Of a DNA stretch of 64,000 nucleotides, positions 46,590 to 55,525 are shown one piece after another (within the stretch, counting starts at the first letter, position 1; each line of letters starts with the position of its first letter). The notes under the pieces are model-generated. The model was not told where the DNA came from. It made no database searches and saw only the letters and a list, made by a program, of their open reading frames with translations. The position numbers were made by a program, and so were the translations under genes. This DNA is from Acidobacteriota bacterium (GTDB taxonomy: Bacteria > Acidobacteriota > Thermoanaerobaculia > Gp7-AA8). The stretch is from assembly GCA_019244185.1 (NCBI GenBank), contig JAFATB010000022.1, positions 288,001 to 352,000 of the forward strand, written 5' to 3'.

Positions 46590-47519
46590 ATGGGTGAACC
46601 GAAAAAGGGCTTCTTCGACAAACTGAAACGTGGGCTCTTCATGACCCACACCGAGATCATCGAGAAGGTCAAGGACGCGATGACGCCCGACCTTCCGATC
46701 GATCAAGCCGCGCTCGACGGACTCGAGGAAGGTCTCCTCGGCGCCGACGTCGGCGCGGAACTCACGATGGCGCTCGTCGGCCGTCTCGAACAGCGCGTGC
46801 GCGACGAGAAGATCTCGAAGATGGATCGCCTCACGCAGGTCATCCGCGAGGAAACGCGCGCGCTCATCCCGCAGCGCAAGGCCGCGACGATCGAGATCGC
46901 GAAGGCGAAGCCGTTCGTCATCCTCGTCGTCGGCGTGAACGGCACCGGCAAGACCACCACCATCGCGAAGCTCGCGCAGCGCTGGAAGAACGAAGGCAAG
47001 AGCGTCGTCCTCGGCGCGGCCGACACGTTCCGCGCCGCCGCGATCGAGCAGCTCGGCATGTGGGCGGACCGCATCGGCGTGCCGCTCGTGAAGCACAAGG
47101 CCGGCTCCGATCCCGCGGCCGTCGCGCACGACACCGTTTCCGCAGCGAAGTCGCGCGGCGCCGACGTCGTGATCATCGATACCGCCGGCCGCCTGCACAA
47201 CAAGTCGCACCTCATGCAGGAGCTGTCGAAGATCCACCGCGTCATCGACAAGGAACTGCCCGGCGCGCCGCACGAGACGCTGCTCGTCATCGACGGCACG
47301 ACCGGCCAGAACGGCGTCAATCAGGCCGCGGCGTTTCTCGAGGCGGCGAAAGTCTCGGGCATGGTCGTGACGAAACTCGACGGCACGGCGAAAGGCGGCG
47401 TGATCCTCTCGATCATGCGGCAGTTCGACATCCCGGTGAAGTTCATCGGCGTCGGCGAAGGTGCCGACGATCTCATTCCGTTCGATCCGCAGGCCTACGT
47501 CGACACGCTCTTCGAATGA
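46590..47519 (+). CDS. ftsY: Signal recognition particle receptor FtsY
   Basis: GVNGTGKTTTIAKLA; DTFRAAA; DTAGR; TKLDGTAKGG. Confidence 0.96.
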   Translation: MGEPKKGFFDKLKRGLFMTHTEIIEKVKDAMTPDLPIDQAALDGLEEGLLGADVGAELTMALVGRLEQRVRDEKISKMDRLTQVIREETRALIPQRKAATIEIAKAKPFVILVVGVNGTGKTTTIAKLAQRWKNEGKSVVLGAADTFRAAAIEQLGMWADRIGVPLVKHKAGSDPAAVAHDTVSAAKSRGADVVIIDTAGRLHNKSHLMQELSKIHRVIDKELPGAPHETLLVIDGTTGQNGVNQAAAFLEAAKVSGMVVTKLDGTAKGGVILSIMRQFDIPVKFIGVGEGADDLIPFDPQAYVDTLFE

Positions 47520-48139
47520 TGCGCCGCGTTCTGCTCCTCGCGCTCGCACTCGCGCTGCCGCTGCAGGCGGCGGAGCTCGAAGTAGGCATCCGCCACGTCG
47601 TGATGCAGCCGATGGGGGATCAGTCGTTTCCCGGCGGCAAGCTCGATCTGCCGCTGGCGCGCGGCTTCGGCGCGAGCGCGGAAGTGTTCTGGACCGAGCG
47701 CGTGTCGACACAGCTCGCGGCGACGTTCGTCAATCCCGAGGCGATTCTTCGTCCCGCGACGCCGCCGCCGAACGACGTCGACCTCGGCACGCTCGGCATC
47801 GCGATGTACACGCTCAGCGCGCGCTATCACTTCCGGGCGGACGCGCGCTTCTCGCCGTTCGCCGGGGCGGGCGGCGCGCTCGTGACGCTCGGCGATCTCG
47901 ACGATCAATTCGGCGACGCGATCGAAGTGCGCTTCCCGCACGAGACCACGTTCCTCGCCGAAGCGGGCGTGCGCTATCGATTCCGGCCGAGCGTGCGCTT
48001 CGAGCTCGGCGCGTCGTACATGCCGCTCGAGGCGCGGGCGCGTGTCGAGCGCAACATGAACGTTCCACGCGTCGAGTTGCCGTCGCGCGTCGCCGTCGAT
48101 CCGCTGACGATCAGCGGCGCGGTGGCGTGGCGTTTCTGA
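47516..48139 (+). CDS. OmpW-like outer-membrane beta-barrel protein
   Basis: Signal peptide; RYHF..FSPFAGAG; DPLTISGAVAWRF with terminal Phe. Confidence 0.75.
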   Translation: MMRRVLLLALALALPLQAAELEVGIRHVVMQPMGDQSFPGGKLDLPLARGFGASAEVFWTERVSTQLAATFVNPEAILRPATPPPNDVDLGTLGIAMYTLSARYHFRADARFSPFAGAGGALVTLGDLDDQFGDAIEVRFPHETTFLAEAGVRYRFRPSVRFELGASYMPLEARARVERNMNVPRVELPSRVAVDPLTISGAVAWRF

Positions 48140-48671
48140 ACTGCGCGCCGAGGGTGAGCGCGAAGACGTTCAGGCCGGGGTTGCGCGGCGCGTAGCCGCC
48201 GTTCGAAATGTGCACGAAGCGATAGCCGAGCATCAGCGGCACGCGCGCGCCGCGCAGCAGCAGGATGCCCGCTCCGGCCTGCGAGACGAAGTTGAAACGC
48301 GACGTCGACGCCGGCACGCGCTTCTCCGCCCACATCGGCCCGGTCGAGCCTTCGAGGTAGAAGCGGCCGAACGCGCGGCGCGCGAGCAGCGAGCCGGAGA
48401 GTGCGCGCACGCGCTCGTTGCCGTCGCCGAACTCCGCGCCGAACCAGCTGCGCGGCTGCCAGAGATTCATCGTCGCGCCGACGAACGCGACTTCCGTGCG
48501 CGGGGAAAGCGCGCGTGCGAGCTCGACGTTGACTGCCTGCAGGTCCGCCTGCCCGTGCCACGTGGTCGTGCTCTTGCCGCCGGTCGCGTAGACGCTGATG
48601 CGGTCGATGTTCTGCGCGCGTGCCGCGGTGGCGAGCAATGCGAACGCGACGGCCAGGACGCTTCTGCGCAT
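48111..48671 (-). CDS. PagL-like lipid A 3-O-deacylase / acyloxyacyl hydrolase
   Basis: Signal peptide from ATG 48671; FNF, YRFVHISNGG..NPGLN. Confidence 0.75.
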   Translation of the reverse strand: MRRSVLAVAFALLATAARAQNIDRISVYATGGKSTTTWHGQADLQAVNVELARALSPRTEVAFVGATMNLWQPRSWFGAEFGDGNERVRALSGSLLARRAFGRFYLEGSTGPMWAEKRVPASTSRFNFVSQAGAGILLLRGARVPLMLGYRFVHISNGGYAPRNPGLNVFALTLGAQFRNATPPRR

Positions 48672-48697
48672 GAGAGCCCCCGAGAAATCCGAAAGAC

Positions 48698-50128
48698 CTA
48701 CGAATGCGCGCGGAGATCGGATTGCGCGATGGGCGCCACGAACTTCCGCCCCGCGTCGAGCAAATGCTTGAGATCGCGCGGACTGCCGGCCTCCGCGTAC
48801 AGCCGCCCCACCGGCTCGGTGCCCGACAGGCGGAATAGCAGCCACGTGTTCTCGCCGAAGATCAGCTTCACGCCGTCGGTCGTGTTCACGTCGCGTACCG
48901 TGAAGCCGTCGATCTGGCGCGGCGGGTCGTCGAGCTTCGCCGCGAGCGTTTCCTTCAGCTGCTGCGTCAGCTTGAGGTCGACGCGCTTGGAGAGGAACGT
49001 CCCGAACTCGGCGTACAGCTCCTCGATCAGCTGGCTGAGCTTCTTGCCCGTGCGCGCGACCATCTCCGCCACGAGGAGGCACGCGAGCACGCCGTCCTTT
49101 TCCGGCAGATGGCCGTACATCGACATGCCGGCCGACTCTTCGCCGCCGAGGGCGATCCGGTTCTCGAGGATCAGCTCGCCGATGAACTTGAAGCCGACCG
49201 GCGTCTCGTAGACCGGCACGTCGAGCTTGCGCGCGATCGCGTCGATGAGGTGCGTGGTCGCGACCGAGCGCGCCAGGCCGCCGGCGATCTTGCGCTCGCG
49301 CTTGAGGTAGAGCGACAGCAGCGCGAGGATCGTGTTCGCGGGGACGAAGCGGTGGCGATCGTCGATGATGCCGAAGCGGTCCGCGTCGCCGTCGGTGGCC
49401 AGGCCGAGGTCGAAGTTCTCGGCGGCGGCGACCTCGCGCAGTTCGATGAGGTTCTTCTCGTTGCACTCCGGGGAAAATCCACCGAAGTACGGATCGCGAT
49501 AGTTATGGATGATCTTGGCTTCGATCCCTGCGTCGAGCAGGAAGTAATCGAGGTAGTCGCGGGCGGTGCCGTACAGCGAGTCGATGGCGATGCGCAGGCC
49601 GCTGCCGCGGATGATGTCGACGTCGACCTTCTGCCGCAGTTCGTCGAGATAGCGGTTCTTCGGGTCGATGGCTTCGATCAGCTCGGTCTTCTCGTAGACG
49701 TCGAGGCGCTCGTTGTTCTGCTGCACCGCGTGGATCTCGCGCTCGATCTGTTTCGTGATCTCCGGCAGCGCAGGCGCGCCGTTCGAGGTCGAGAACTTGA
49801 GGCCGTTGTATTCGGGCGGGTTGTGCGAGGCGGTGAAGTTGATCGCGCCCATGGCGCGGCGGCGGATGATCTCGAACGAGACCACCGGCGTCGGCACGTC
49901 GCGCACGCAGAGGAAGGCCTTGATGCCGTTGAAGGCGAGGATCTTGGCGGCTTCGGACGCGAACTTTTCGGAGAGGAAGCGCGTGTCGTAGGCGACGATG
50001 ACGCCCGAGCCGCGCTGCGCCGATTTCTTGAGATAGTTCGCGACTCCCTGGCTGGCGATCCGGACGTTCTCGAACGTAAAGTCTTCGCCGATGACGCCTC
50101 GCCACCCGGAAGTCCCAAATCTGATCAT
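48698..50128 (-). CDS. Phosphoglucomutase/phosphomannomutase
   Basis: FGTSGWRG; TASHNP; DGDADR; GEESAG; RLSGTEP. Confidence 0.93.
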   Translation of the reverse strand: MIRFGTSGWRGVIGEDFTFENVRIASQGVANYLKKSAQRGSGVIVAYDTRFLSEKFASEAAKILAFNGIKAFLCVRDVPTPVVSFEIIRRRAMGAINFTASHNPPEYNGLKFSTSNGAPALPEITKQIEREIHAVQQNNERLDVYEKTELIEAIDPKNRYLDELRQKVDVDIIRGSGLRIAIDSLYGTARDYLDYFLLDAGIEAKIIHNYRDPYFGGFSPECNEKNLIELREVAAAENFDLGLATDGDADRFGIIDDRHRFVPANTILALLSLYLKRERKIAGGLARSVATTHLIDAIARKLDVPVYETPVGFKFIGELILENRIALGGEESAGMSMYGHLPEKDGVLACLLVAEMVARTGKKLSQLIEELYAEFGTFLSKRVDLKLTQQLKETLAAKLDDPPRQIDGFTVRDVNTTDGVKLIFGENTWLLFRLSGTEPVGRLYAEAGSPRDLKHLLDAGRKFVAPIAQSDLRAHS

Positions 50129-50299
50129 GAAAGACGTCGTCTCCTGCCCGAAGCGGGGCTGAACGTTAGCACAACCCCGGCTGCTGCGATGCAACGCCGA
50201 GGCCGCCCCGCCGCTCCGCGCGCCGCGGCGGCTGGGCGCGGGAGGACGGGCGAGTGTAACCGTTTCCGCGGCCGGCGTTTGGGCGAGGCGGATGATGCC

Positions 50300-51331
50300 T
50301 CACGTTCTGGCGGGCGCCGGAGAACGCGCGAGCGCGATGGACTCGGCAGCGAATGCGCCGACGAGATCGAGCAGCACCGCCTGCTGCACGTCGAGGAACA
50401 GTCCGTACGCCGGCGAGAGGACGAAGTAGGCGAGCTCGAACTCGAAGCCGCTGCCGTCGATGGCCACGAGATGCGCGCGCTCGAAGCGGGTCGACTTCTG
50501 CTTCTCCACGGCCGCGCGCAGCAGCAGCGGCACGCGTGCGAGCTTCGCCGTGTCCGTCGCCGGATCGACCGTGATGCGGAAGAGCGCGCGGCGCTCGGTC
50601 ATGCGCCGGAAGTTGCGGATGCGGCTGCGCAGCAGGTCGCCGTTCGCGAAGATCACTTCCTCGCCGGACGACGCGCGCAGCCGCGTGGTCTTGAGGCCGA
50701 TGTGCTCGACCGTGCCGCTTTGCGCGTCGACCGCGATCGAGTCGCCGAGGACGAACGGCTTGTCGATCACGATCGACAGCGACGCGAAGAGATCGGCGAG
50801 GATGTTCTGCGTCGCGAGCGCCACCGCCACGCCGCCGATGCCGAGTCCCGCGATCAGCGTCGTGACGTTGAAGCCGAGGTATTCGATGGCCACGAGCGCG
50901 GCGAGGATCCACACCGTCACGATCGCGGCGATGCGGAACACGTTCACCGTCATCGCCGCCGCCGGATCCTCGGCGCGCGTGCGGCGGTAGCGGCGCAGCC
51001 AGTAGTCGAGGAGTCCCGAGGTCCAGAGCGCCGTCTGCGCGATCAGCGCGAGCGTGGCCGTGAGCTTCAGCAGATGGCGCAGATCCGCGGGCAGCTGCAG
51101 CGCGCGTGCGCCGAGGAAGACCGCGGGAAGGAAGAGCAGGAAGAGCTTCGTGCGATGGGAGAGGTCGAGGAGGAAGTCGTCGACGTCGGTCGGCGTCGCG
51201 TGCGCGGTGCGCAGTTTCCTGCGCGCGATGAGCCGGGCCGCCGCGACGAGCAGCAGGACGCCCGCGGCGATCGCGGCGGCGATCAGCAACTCGGTGGGGG
51301 AGTTGCCCTCGAAGATGTCGCGGTAACGCAC
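50300..51331 (-). CDS. MscS family mechanosensitive channel
   Basis: AGLGIGGVAVALATQNILAD; KPFVLGD; GTVEHIGLKTT. Confidence 0.9.
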   Translation of the reverse strand: MRYRDIFEGNSPTELLIAAAIAAGVLLLVAAARLIARRKLRTAHATPTDVDDFLLDLSHRTKLFLLFLPAVFLGARALQLPADLRHLLKLTATLALIAQTALWTSGLLDYWLRRYRRTRAEDPAAAMTVNVFRIAAIVTVWILAALVAIEYLGFNVTTLIAGLGIGGVAVALATQNILADLFASLSIVIDKPFVLGDSIAVDAQSGTVEHIGLKTTRLRASSGEEVIFANGDLLRSRIRNFRRMTERRALFRITVDPATDTAKLARVPLLLRAAVEKQKSTRFERAHLVAIDGSGFEFELAYFVLSPAYGLFLDVQQAVLLDLVGAFAAESIALARSPAPART

Positions 51332-51417
51332 TGCGCGGGCGATCCTATCGCGGGATGTTGATTGCGGGATGTGCCTTGCCTGGCTGGCGTGTTTTCCGCA
51401 ATTATCCCGCTCACTGT

Positions 51418-53109
51418 ATGTCCCGCCCGGTAGTGCTGATCGCCGACGATGACCAGGAAGTCGCGATGTTGATGCGGACGTATCTCCGTCCGCTCGACTG
51501 CGACCTCATCACCGCGTCCGACGGCGAGGAGGCGCTCGCGCTCGCGCAGTCGCGCCTTCCCGACGCGGTGCTGCTCGACGTGGTGATGCCGAAGCGCAGC
51601 GGCTGGGAAGTCTGCCAGGCGCTGAAAGCGGTGCAGCGCACCTCGCACATCGGCGTGATCCTCGTCACCGGCCGCGGCGACGTGAAGGACCGCCTCACGG
51701 GCTTGCAGGTCGGCGCCGACGACTATCTCGTCAAGCCGTTCGATCGCAATGAAGTGGTGAAGCGCGTCGGCGCGGTGCTCGATCGCGCGCGCGGCCGCGG
51801 CGAGCTCGCGCAGGCCGGACGCTCCGCGCTCGAGGCGATGCTGCTCGATCGCGCCACCGCGCTGCCGAGCCTTCCGCTCGTCCTCGACCGCGTGAAAGAG
51901 ATGCTCATCGAGCACGGCGAGATCGGCATGGTCTACGTCGACATCGAACAGTTCGAGACCATCGAGGCGGAGTTCGGCTGGGCGCTCTTCGACGAGTTGC
52001 TCTGCAACGTCGGCTCGATCATCTCGGCCGAGGCGCGGCAGCGCTTCCGGAACGCGATTGTGACGTGCCACCGCACCGGCGGCTCGAGCTTCTACGTGTT
52101 CTACGAGACGCGCGGACAGGACCTCAGCGAAGAGAACGCATCGGAGCGCGTCGCGAACGAGCTGCGCGAGAAGCTGATCGCGGCGACGCGGCGGCGCTTC
52201 CCGAGCCTGCATTCCGAGCAGATGGGATTCTTCGTCGGCACCGCGCGCATCGATTACCGTCCGCAGATCCGCCTCGAACGGCAGGTGTACTCCGGCATGC
52301 GCGTCGCCGCCGACGCCGTGCGCGACGCGGAGCAGCAGCGCAAGAAACAGCTCACGCGCGAGCTGCGCGACATCATCCGCCGCAAGCGCGTGACGACGCT
52401 GTTCCAGCCGATCGTGCACGCGAAAGACGCGGCGGTGTTCGGCTACGAAATCCTCACGCGCGGGCCCGCCAACTCGTCGTTCCGCAATTCGGACATGCTG
52501 TTCACGTTCGCGCGCGAGGTGAAGCTGGCGTGGGCGCTCGAGGCCATCGCGCTCGAAGGCGCGCTCAAACGCCTGCGGCAGGTCGATCTGCTCGACCGCA
52601 AGTTCCTGCTGAATCTCGAAGCGGAGATGTTCGGCGAGTCGGAGTTCCGCATCCACGAGATGGTGTCGTTCTTCGCCGAGCATCGCGGACACTTCGTCTT
52701 CGAGCTCACCGAGCGTGCCGCGATCGAGGACTACGGGCAGTTCCGCGAGCTGCTGACCGAGTTCCGCGACAAGGGGATCGAGATCGCCATCGACGACGCG
52801 GGCTCCGGCTACGCGTCGCTCGAAGCGATCGCCGCGATCGCGCCCGATTACCTCAAGATCACGAAGAGTCTCGTGTCGACGCTCGCCGATGAGCCGATCA
52901 AGCAGGACCTCGTGAAGATGCTCGTGGAGCTCGGCGGGAAGATCAACGCGAAGACGCTGGCCGAGGGGATCGAGACGCAGGAGGAGTACGAGACCTGCCG
53001 CGACCTCGGCATCGATCTCATTCAGGGTTACTACTTCGCGCATCCGCAGGAAGACGTGCGCCTCGGCGACGCCGAAGTCGCGGAGTCGCTCGCCACGCGC
53101 GCGCTGTAG
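51418..53109 (+). CDS. Response regulator with degenerate GGDEF and EAL phosphodiesterase domains
   Basis: Receiver IADDD..LLDVVMP; GGSSF in place of GGDEF; FQPI..GYEILTR, ELTE, IDDAGSGY, AEGIE, QGYYF. Confidence 0.85.
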   Translation: MSRPVVLIADDDQEVAMLMRTYLRPLDCDLITASDGEEALALAQSRLPDAVLLDVVMPKRSGWEVCQALKAVQRTSHIGVILVTGRGDVKDRLTGLQVGADDYLVKPFDRNEVVKRVGAVLDRARGRGELAQAGRSALEAMLLDRATALPSLPLVLDRVKEMLIEHGEIGMVYVDIEQFETIEAEFGWALFDELLCNVGSIISAEARQRFRNAIVTCHRTGGSSFYVFYETRGQDLSEENASERVANELREKLIAATRRRFPSLHSEQMGFFVGTARIDYRPQIRLERQVYSGMRVAADAVRDAEQQRKKQLTRELRDIIRRKRVTTLFQPIVHAKDAAVFGYEILTRGPANSSFRNSDMLFTFAREVKLAWALEAIALEGALKRLRQVDLLDRKFLLNLEAEMFGESEFRIHEMVSFFAEHRGHFVFELTERAAIEDYGQFRELLTEFRDKGIEIAIDDAGSGYASLEAIAAIAPDYLKITKSLVSTLADEPIKQDLVKMLVELGGKINAKTLAEGIETQEEYETCRDLGIDLIQGYYFAHPQEDVRLGDAEVAESLATRAL

Positions 53110-53124
53110 CGACGTTCCACCGCG

Positions 53125-53997
53125 ATGCAGGATCTGCGCATCGTCCTCCTCGGCACGTCGTCCGGCACGCCGACGCGCACGCGCAACGTCTCGTCGCTGG
53201 CGATGATCCTCGACGGACGCGTGCTGCTCTTCGATTGCGGCGAAGGCACGCAGCATCAGCTGCTCCGCGCGCCCGTGCGCACTGGCGCGATCGAGGCGAT
53301 CTTCGTCAGCCATCTCCACGGCGATCATGTCTACGGTCTGCCGGGTTTGCTCGCGACGCTGTCGATGAACGGCCGCACGCGACCTCTCGATCTCGTCGGA
53401 CCGGAGTCGTTGCGCGCGTACGTCGAGACGACGCTCGCCACGAGCTTTCATCATCCGTCGTTCGAGATCCGCATCACGACGCCGCCATATCGCGGCCACG
53501 GCTTCACCGTGACTGCCGCGCCTCTCGAGCATTCCGTCGAATGCCTCGGCTACTGCGTCATCGAAGACGACCGCCCCGGCCACTTCGACGTCGCCCGCGC
53601 GCGAGCGCTCGGCATCCCGCCCGGCCCGCTCTACGGCGAGCTCGCCAGAGCCGGCGACCCGCGCGTCTGCGGCCCGCCCCGACGCGGCCGCCGCATCGCG
53701 TTCGTCACCGACACCCGCCCGTGCGCGAGCGCTGTCGCGCTCGCGCACGAAGCCGACGCGCTCATTCACGAGTCGACGTACGGCGAAGAGCTCCGTACCG
53801 AAGCCGCCGAGCGCTTTCATTCGACCGCACGCGAAGCCGCGCGCGTCGCCTCCGACGCGCGCGTGCAGCGACTCATCCTCACGCACTTTTCCGCGCGCTA
53901 CGGCGACGTCGCGCCGCTCGTGGAGGAGGCGAGAGAGGTGTTCCCGAACACGATCGCCGCGGACGACCTGCTCGAAGTCCACGTCGCTGCGCGCTGA
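53125..53997 (+). CDS. rnz: Ribonuclease Z
   Basis: LGTSSGTP; DCGEGTQ; SHLHGDH; exosite GIPPGP; HESTY; THFSARY. Confidence 0.92.
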   Translation: MQDLRIVLLGTSSGTPTRTRNVSSLAMILDGRVLLFDCGEGTQHQLLRAPVRTGAIEAIFVSHLHGDHVYGLPGLLATLSMNGRTRPLDLVGPESLRAYVETTLATSFHHPSFEIRITTPPYRGHGFTVTAAPLEHSVECLGYCVIEDDRPGHFDVARARALGIPPGPLYGELARAGDPRVCGPPRRGRRIAFVTDTRPCASAVALAHEADALIHESTYGEELRTEAAERFHSTAREAARVASDARVQRLILTHFSARYGDVAPLVEEAREVFPNTIAADDLLEVHVAAR

Positions 53998-53998
53998 G

Positions 53999-54027
53999 TT
54001 GCGCCCCGCCCACCCGTCCCCTATAAT
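53999..54027 (+). promoter_or_regulatory. Sigma70 promoter of the tRNA-Ala gene
   Basis: TTGCGC, 17-nt spacer, TATAAT, followed by a GC-rich discriminator. Confidence 0.7.
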
Positions 54028-54096
54028 CCGCGCTCCCAACCGCGTGGAATGCTCATTCCACTCGGACCGTTAGCAGCGGTACTTCCCAACGAATGT

Positions 54097-54173
54097 GGGG
54101 CTGTAGCTCAGTTTGGGAGAGCGCCTGAATCGCACTCAGGAGGTCGTCGGTTCGATCCCGATCAGCTCCACCA
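54097..54173 (+). tRNA. tRNA-Ala (anticodon CGC)
   Basis: Acceptor stem GGGGCTG/CAGCTCC with G3:U70; anticodon arm CCTGA-ATCGCAC-TCAGG; T-loop TTCGATC; encoded CCA. Confidence 0.96.
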
Positions 54174-54195
54174 CCTTCCCGCCTCAAACCTGCGC

Positions 54196-54218
54196 CGATG
54201 CGTGGTACCCACGCGTCG
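54196..54218. terminator. Hairpin between the tRNA and the convergent gene (possible terminator)
   Basis: CGATGCGTGG-TAC-CCACGCGTCG; no clear U-tract. Confidence 0.3.
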
Positions 54219-54224
54219 TGATCA

Positions 54225-54749
54225 TCACCGCCGGGCCGAATCCGTGATCTCTGGTCCGAGGAAGCCGACCGGGATGCCGTACTTGCGGCACGCCTCCGTC
54301 GCGTTCGAACTGAGCATCGCCAGCACCAGCAGGTTGATGCATGGCACGAGCATCGCCGCCGACCATAACGCCGGCGACGGCGAGCCGAGTGCGCGGGCGG
54401 TGTGGAACGCGTAGTAGGCGATGGCGATGACGGTCGCGCCGAGGCTCGGCACCACGAGGATTGCTGCGGGGCCGAGAATCCAGAAGACGAGCGAGACGCC
54501 GAGCTGTGCGCCGACGGAGAGCACCAGCTTCCGGTAGTTCGTCGCCAGGTCGACGATGGTCTGTGGTGGATTGCCGAACGAGCCGAGCTCCGGCAGCGCG
54601 CGGGCCGGGAGCCATTCGCAGTGATGCGGATGAAAGACGAGACTCTCCGGCAGGATGCGGCCTTCGCTCACCCACAGCCGCAGCGTTTGCAGATCGCGCG
54701 GGCGAAACTCCGCGCCTCCTTGCTGGATGATGAAATCGCCGTCGTGCAT
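54225..54749 (-). CDS. Membrane protein with GYF-2-like N-terminal domain
   Basis: LRLWVSEGRILPESLVF..W.PA..LPEL, then three TMs. Confidence 0.6.
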   Translation of the reverse strand: MHDGDFIIQQGGAEFRPRDLQTLRLWVSEGRILPESLVFHPHHCEWLPARALPELGSFGNPPQTIVDLATNYRKLVLSVGAQLGVSLVFWILGPAAILVVPSLGATVIAIAYYAFHTARALGSPSPALWSAAMLVPCINLLVLAMLSSNATEACRKYGIPVGFLGPEITDSARR

Positions 54750-54792
54750 GACGGGTCAGACACGATCCGGATCGATTCGTGGCGCCGCGAGC

Positions 54793-55479
54793 TCACCGCC
54801 GCACTTTGTAGCGCAGCCACACGATGTCGCCGGGGCGCTTTTCCATCGCGATGAGGCGCAGATGGCGCGGCGGGGTGCCGTCCTCGGCGTCGAACAGCGC
54901 GGGCGTGCCGATGCTGCCGTCGGCGACGGGGGCGACGAGCACGCTCAGTTCGTCGATGAGGTTCGCGGCGAGGAACGAGCCGTTGATCTTGCCGCCGCCT
55001 TCGAGGAGGAGCTTGCGGATCCGGAAGCGCGCACGCAGTTTCGCGAGGACGCTCGCGAGATCGATGCGCGACTTGCCGCCGAAGAGGTACGACACGCCTT
55101 TCGACTGGAGGAACGCGAGGTAATCGTCCGAGACCGCTTCGGTGAGGACGGTGATGACGTGCTCGCCGTCGATGTCGTTCGCGCGCCACGTCAGCTTGCC
55201 CGAGGGATCGATCGCGATCGCGTACGAGGTCGCGTCGTGCGGCGCGATGAAGTCTTCACGCGGAATGCGCTCGCGGTGTTTGCGCGATGGCACGCGCGCT
55301 TTGCCGGCATACGGCTCCATCGAGATACGGCCGATGATCCACGCGTCGGCGCCGAAGGTTGCGGCCGTACGTTCGTACTCGGGCGACGCGCGCGGGAGGT
55401 CCCAGTCGCGCGTCACGATGCGGCCGTCGACGGACGGCAGCATGTGGCAGATGACGTACGGCAGCGCGCGCTTCGGCAT
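54793..55479 (-). CDS. RibD C-terminal/dihydrofolate reductase-fold protein
   Basis: HMLPSVDGRI; LLLEGGGKINGSFL..LIDELSV. Confidence 0.85.
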   Translation of the reverse strand: MPKRALPYVICHMLPSVDGRIVTRDWDLPRASPEYERTAATFGADAWIIGRISMEPYAGKARVPSRKHRERIPREDFIAPHDATSYAIAIDPSGKLTWRANDIDGEHVITVLTEAVSDDYLAFLQSKGVSYLFGGKSRIDLASVLAKLRARFRIRKLLLEGGGKINGSFLAANLIDELSVLVAPVADGSIGTPALFDAEDGTPPRHLRLIAMEKRPGDIVWLRYKVRR

Positions 55480-55525
55480 CGGCGGACGATAGCACGCGGT
55501 CTCGCCAGCGTTCGCCGCGGCGAGC

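Noticed and set aside
54049-54414. 121-aa ORF overlapping the tRNA
   Set aside because: Spurious reading frame running through tRNA-Ala and antisense to the next gene.
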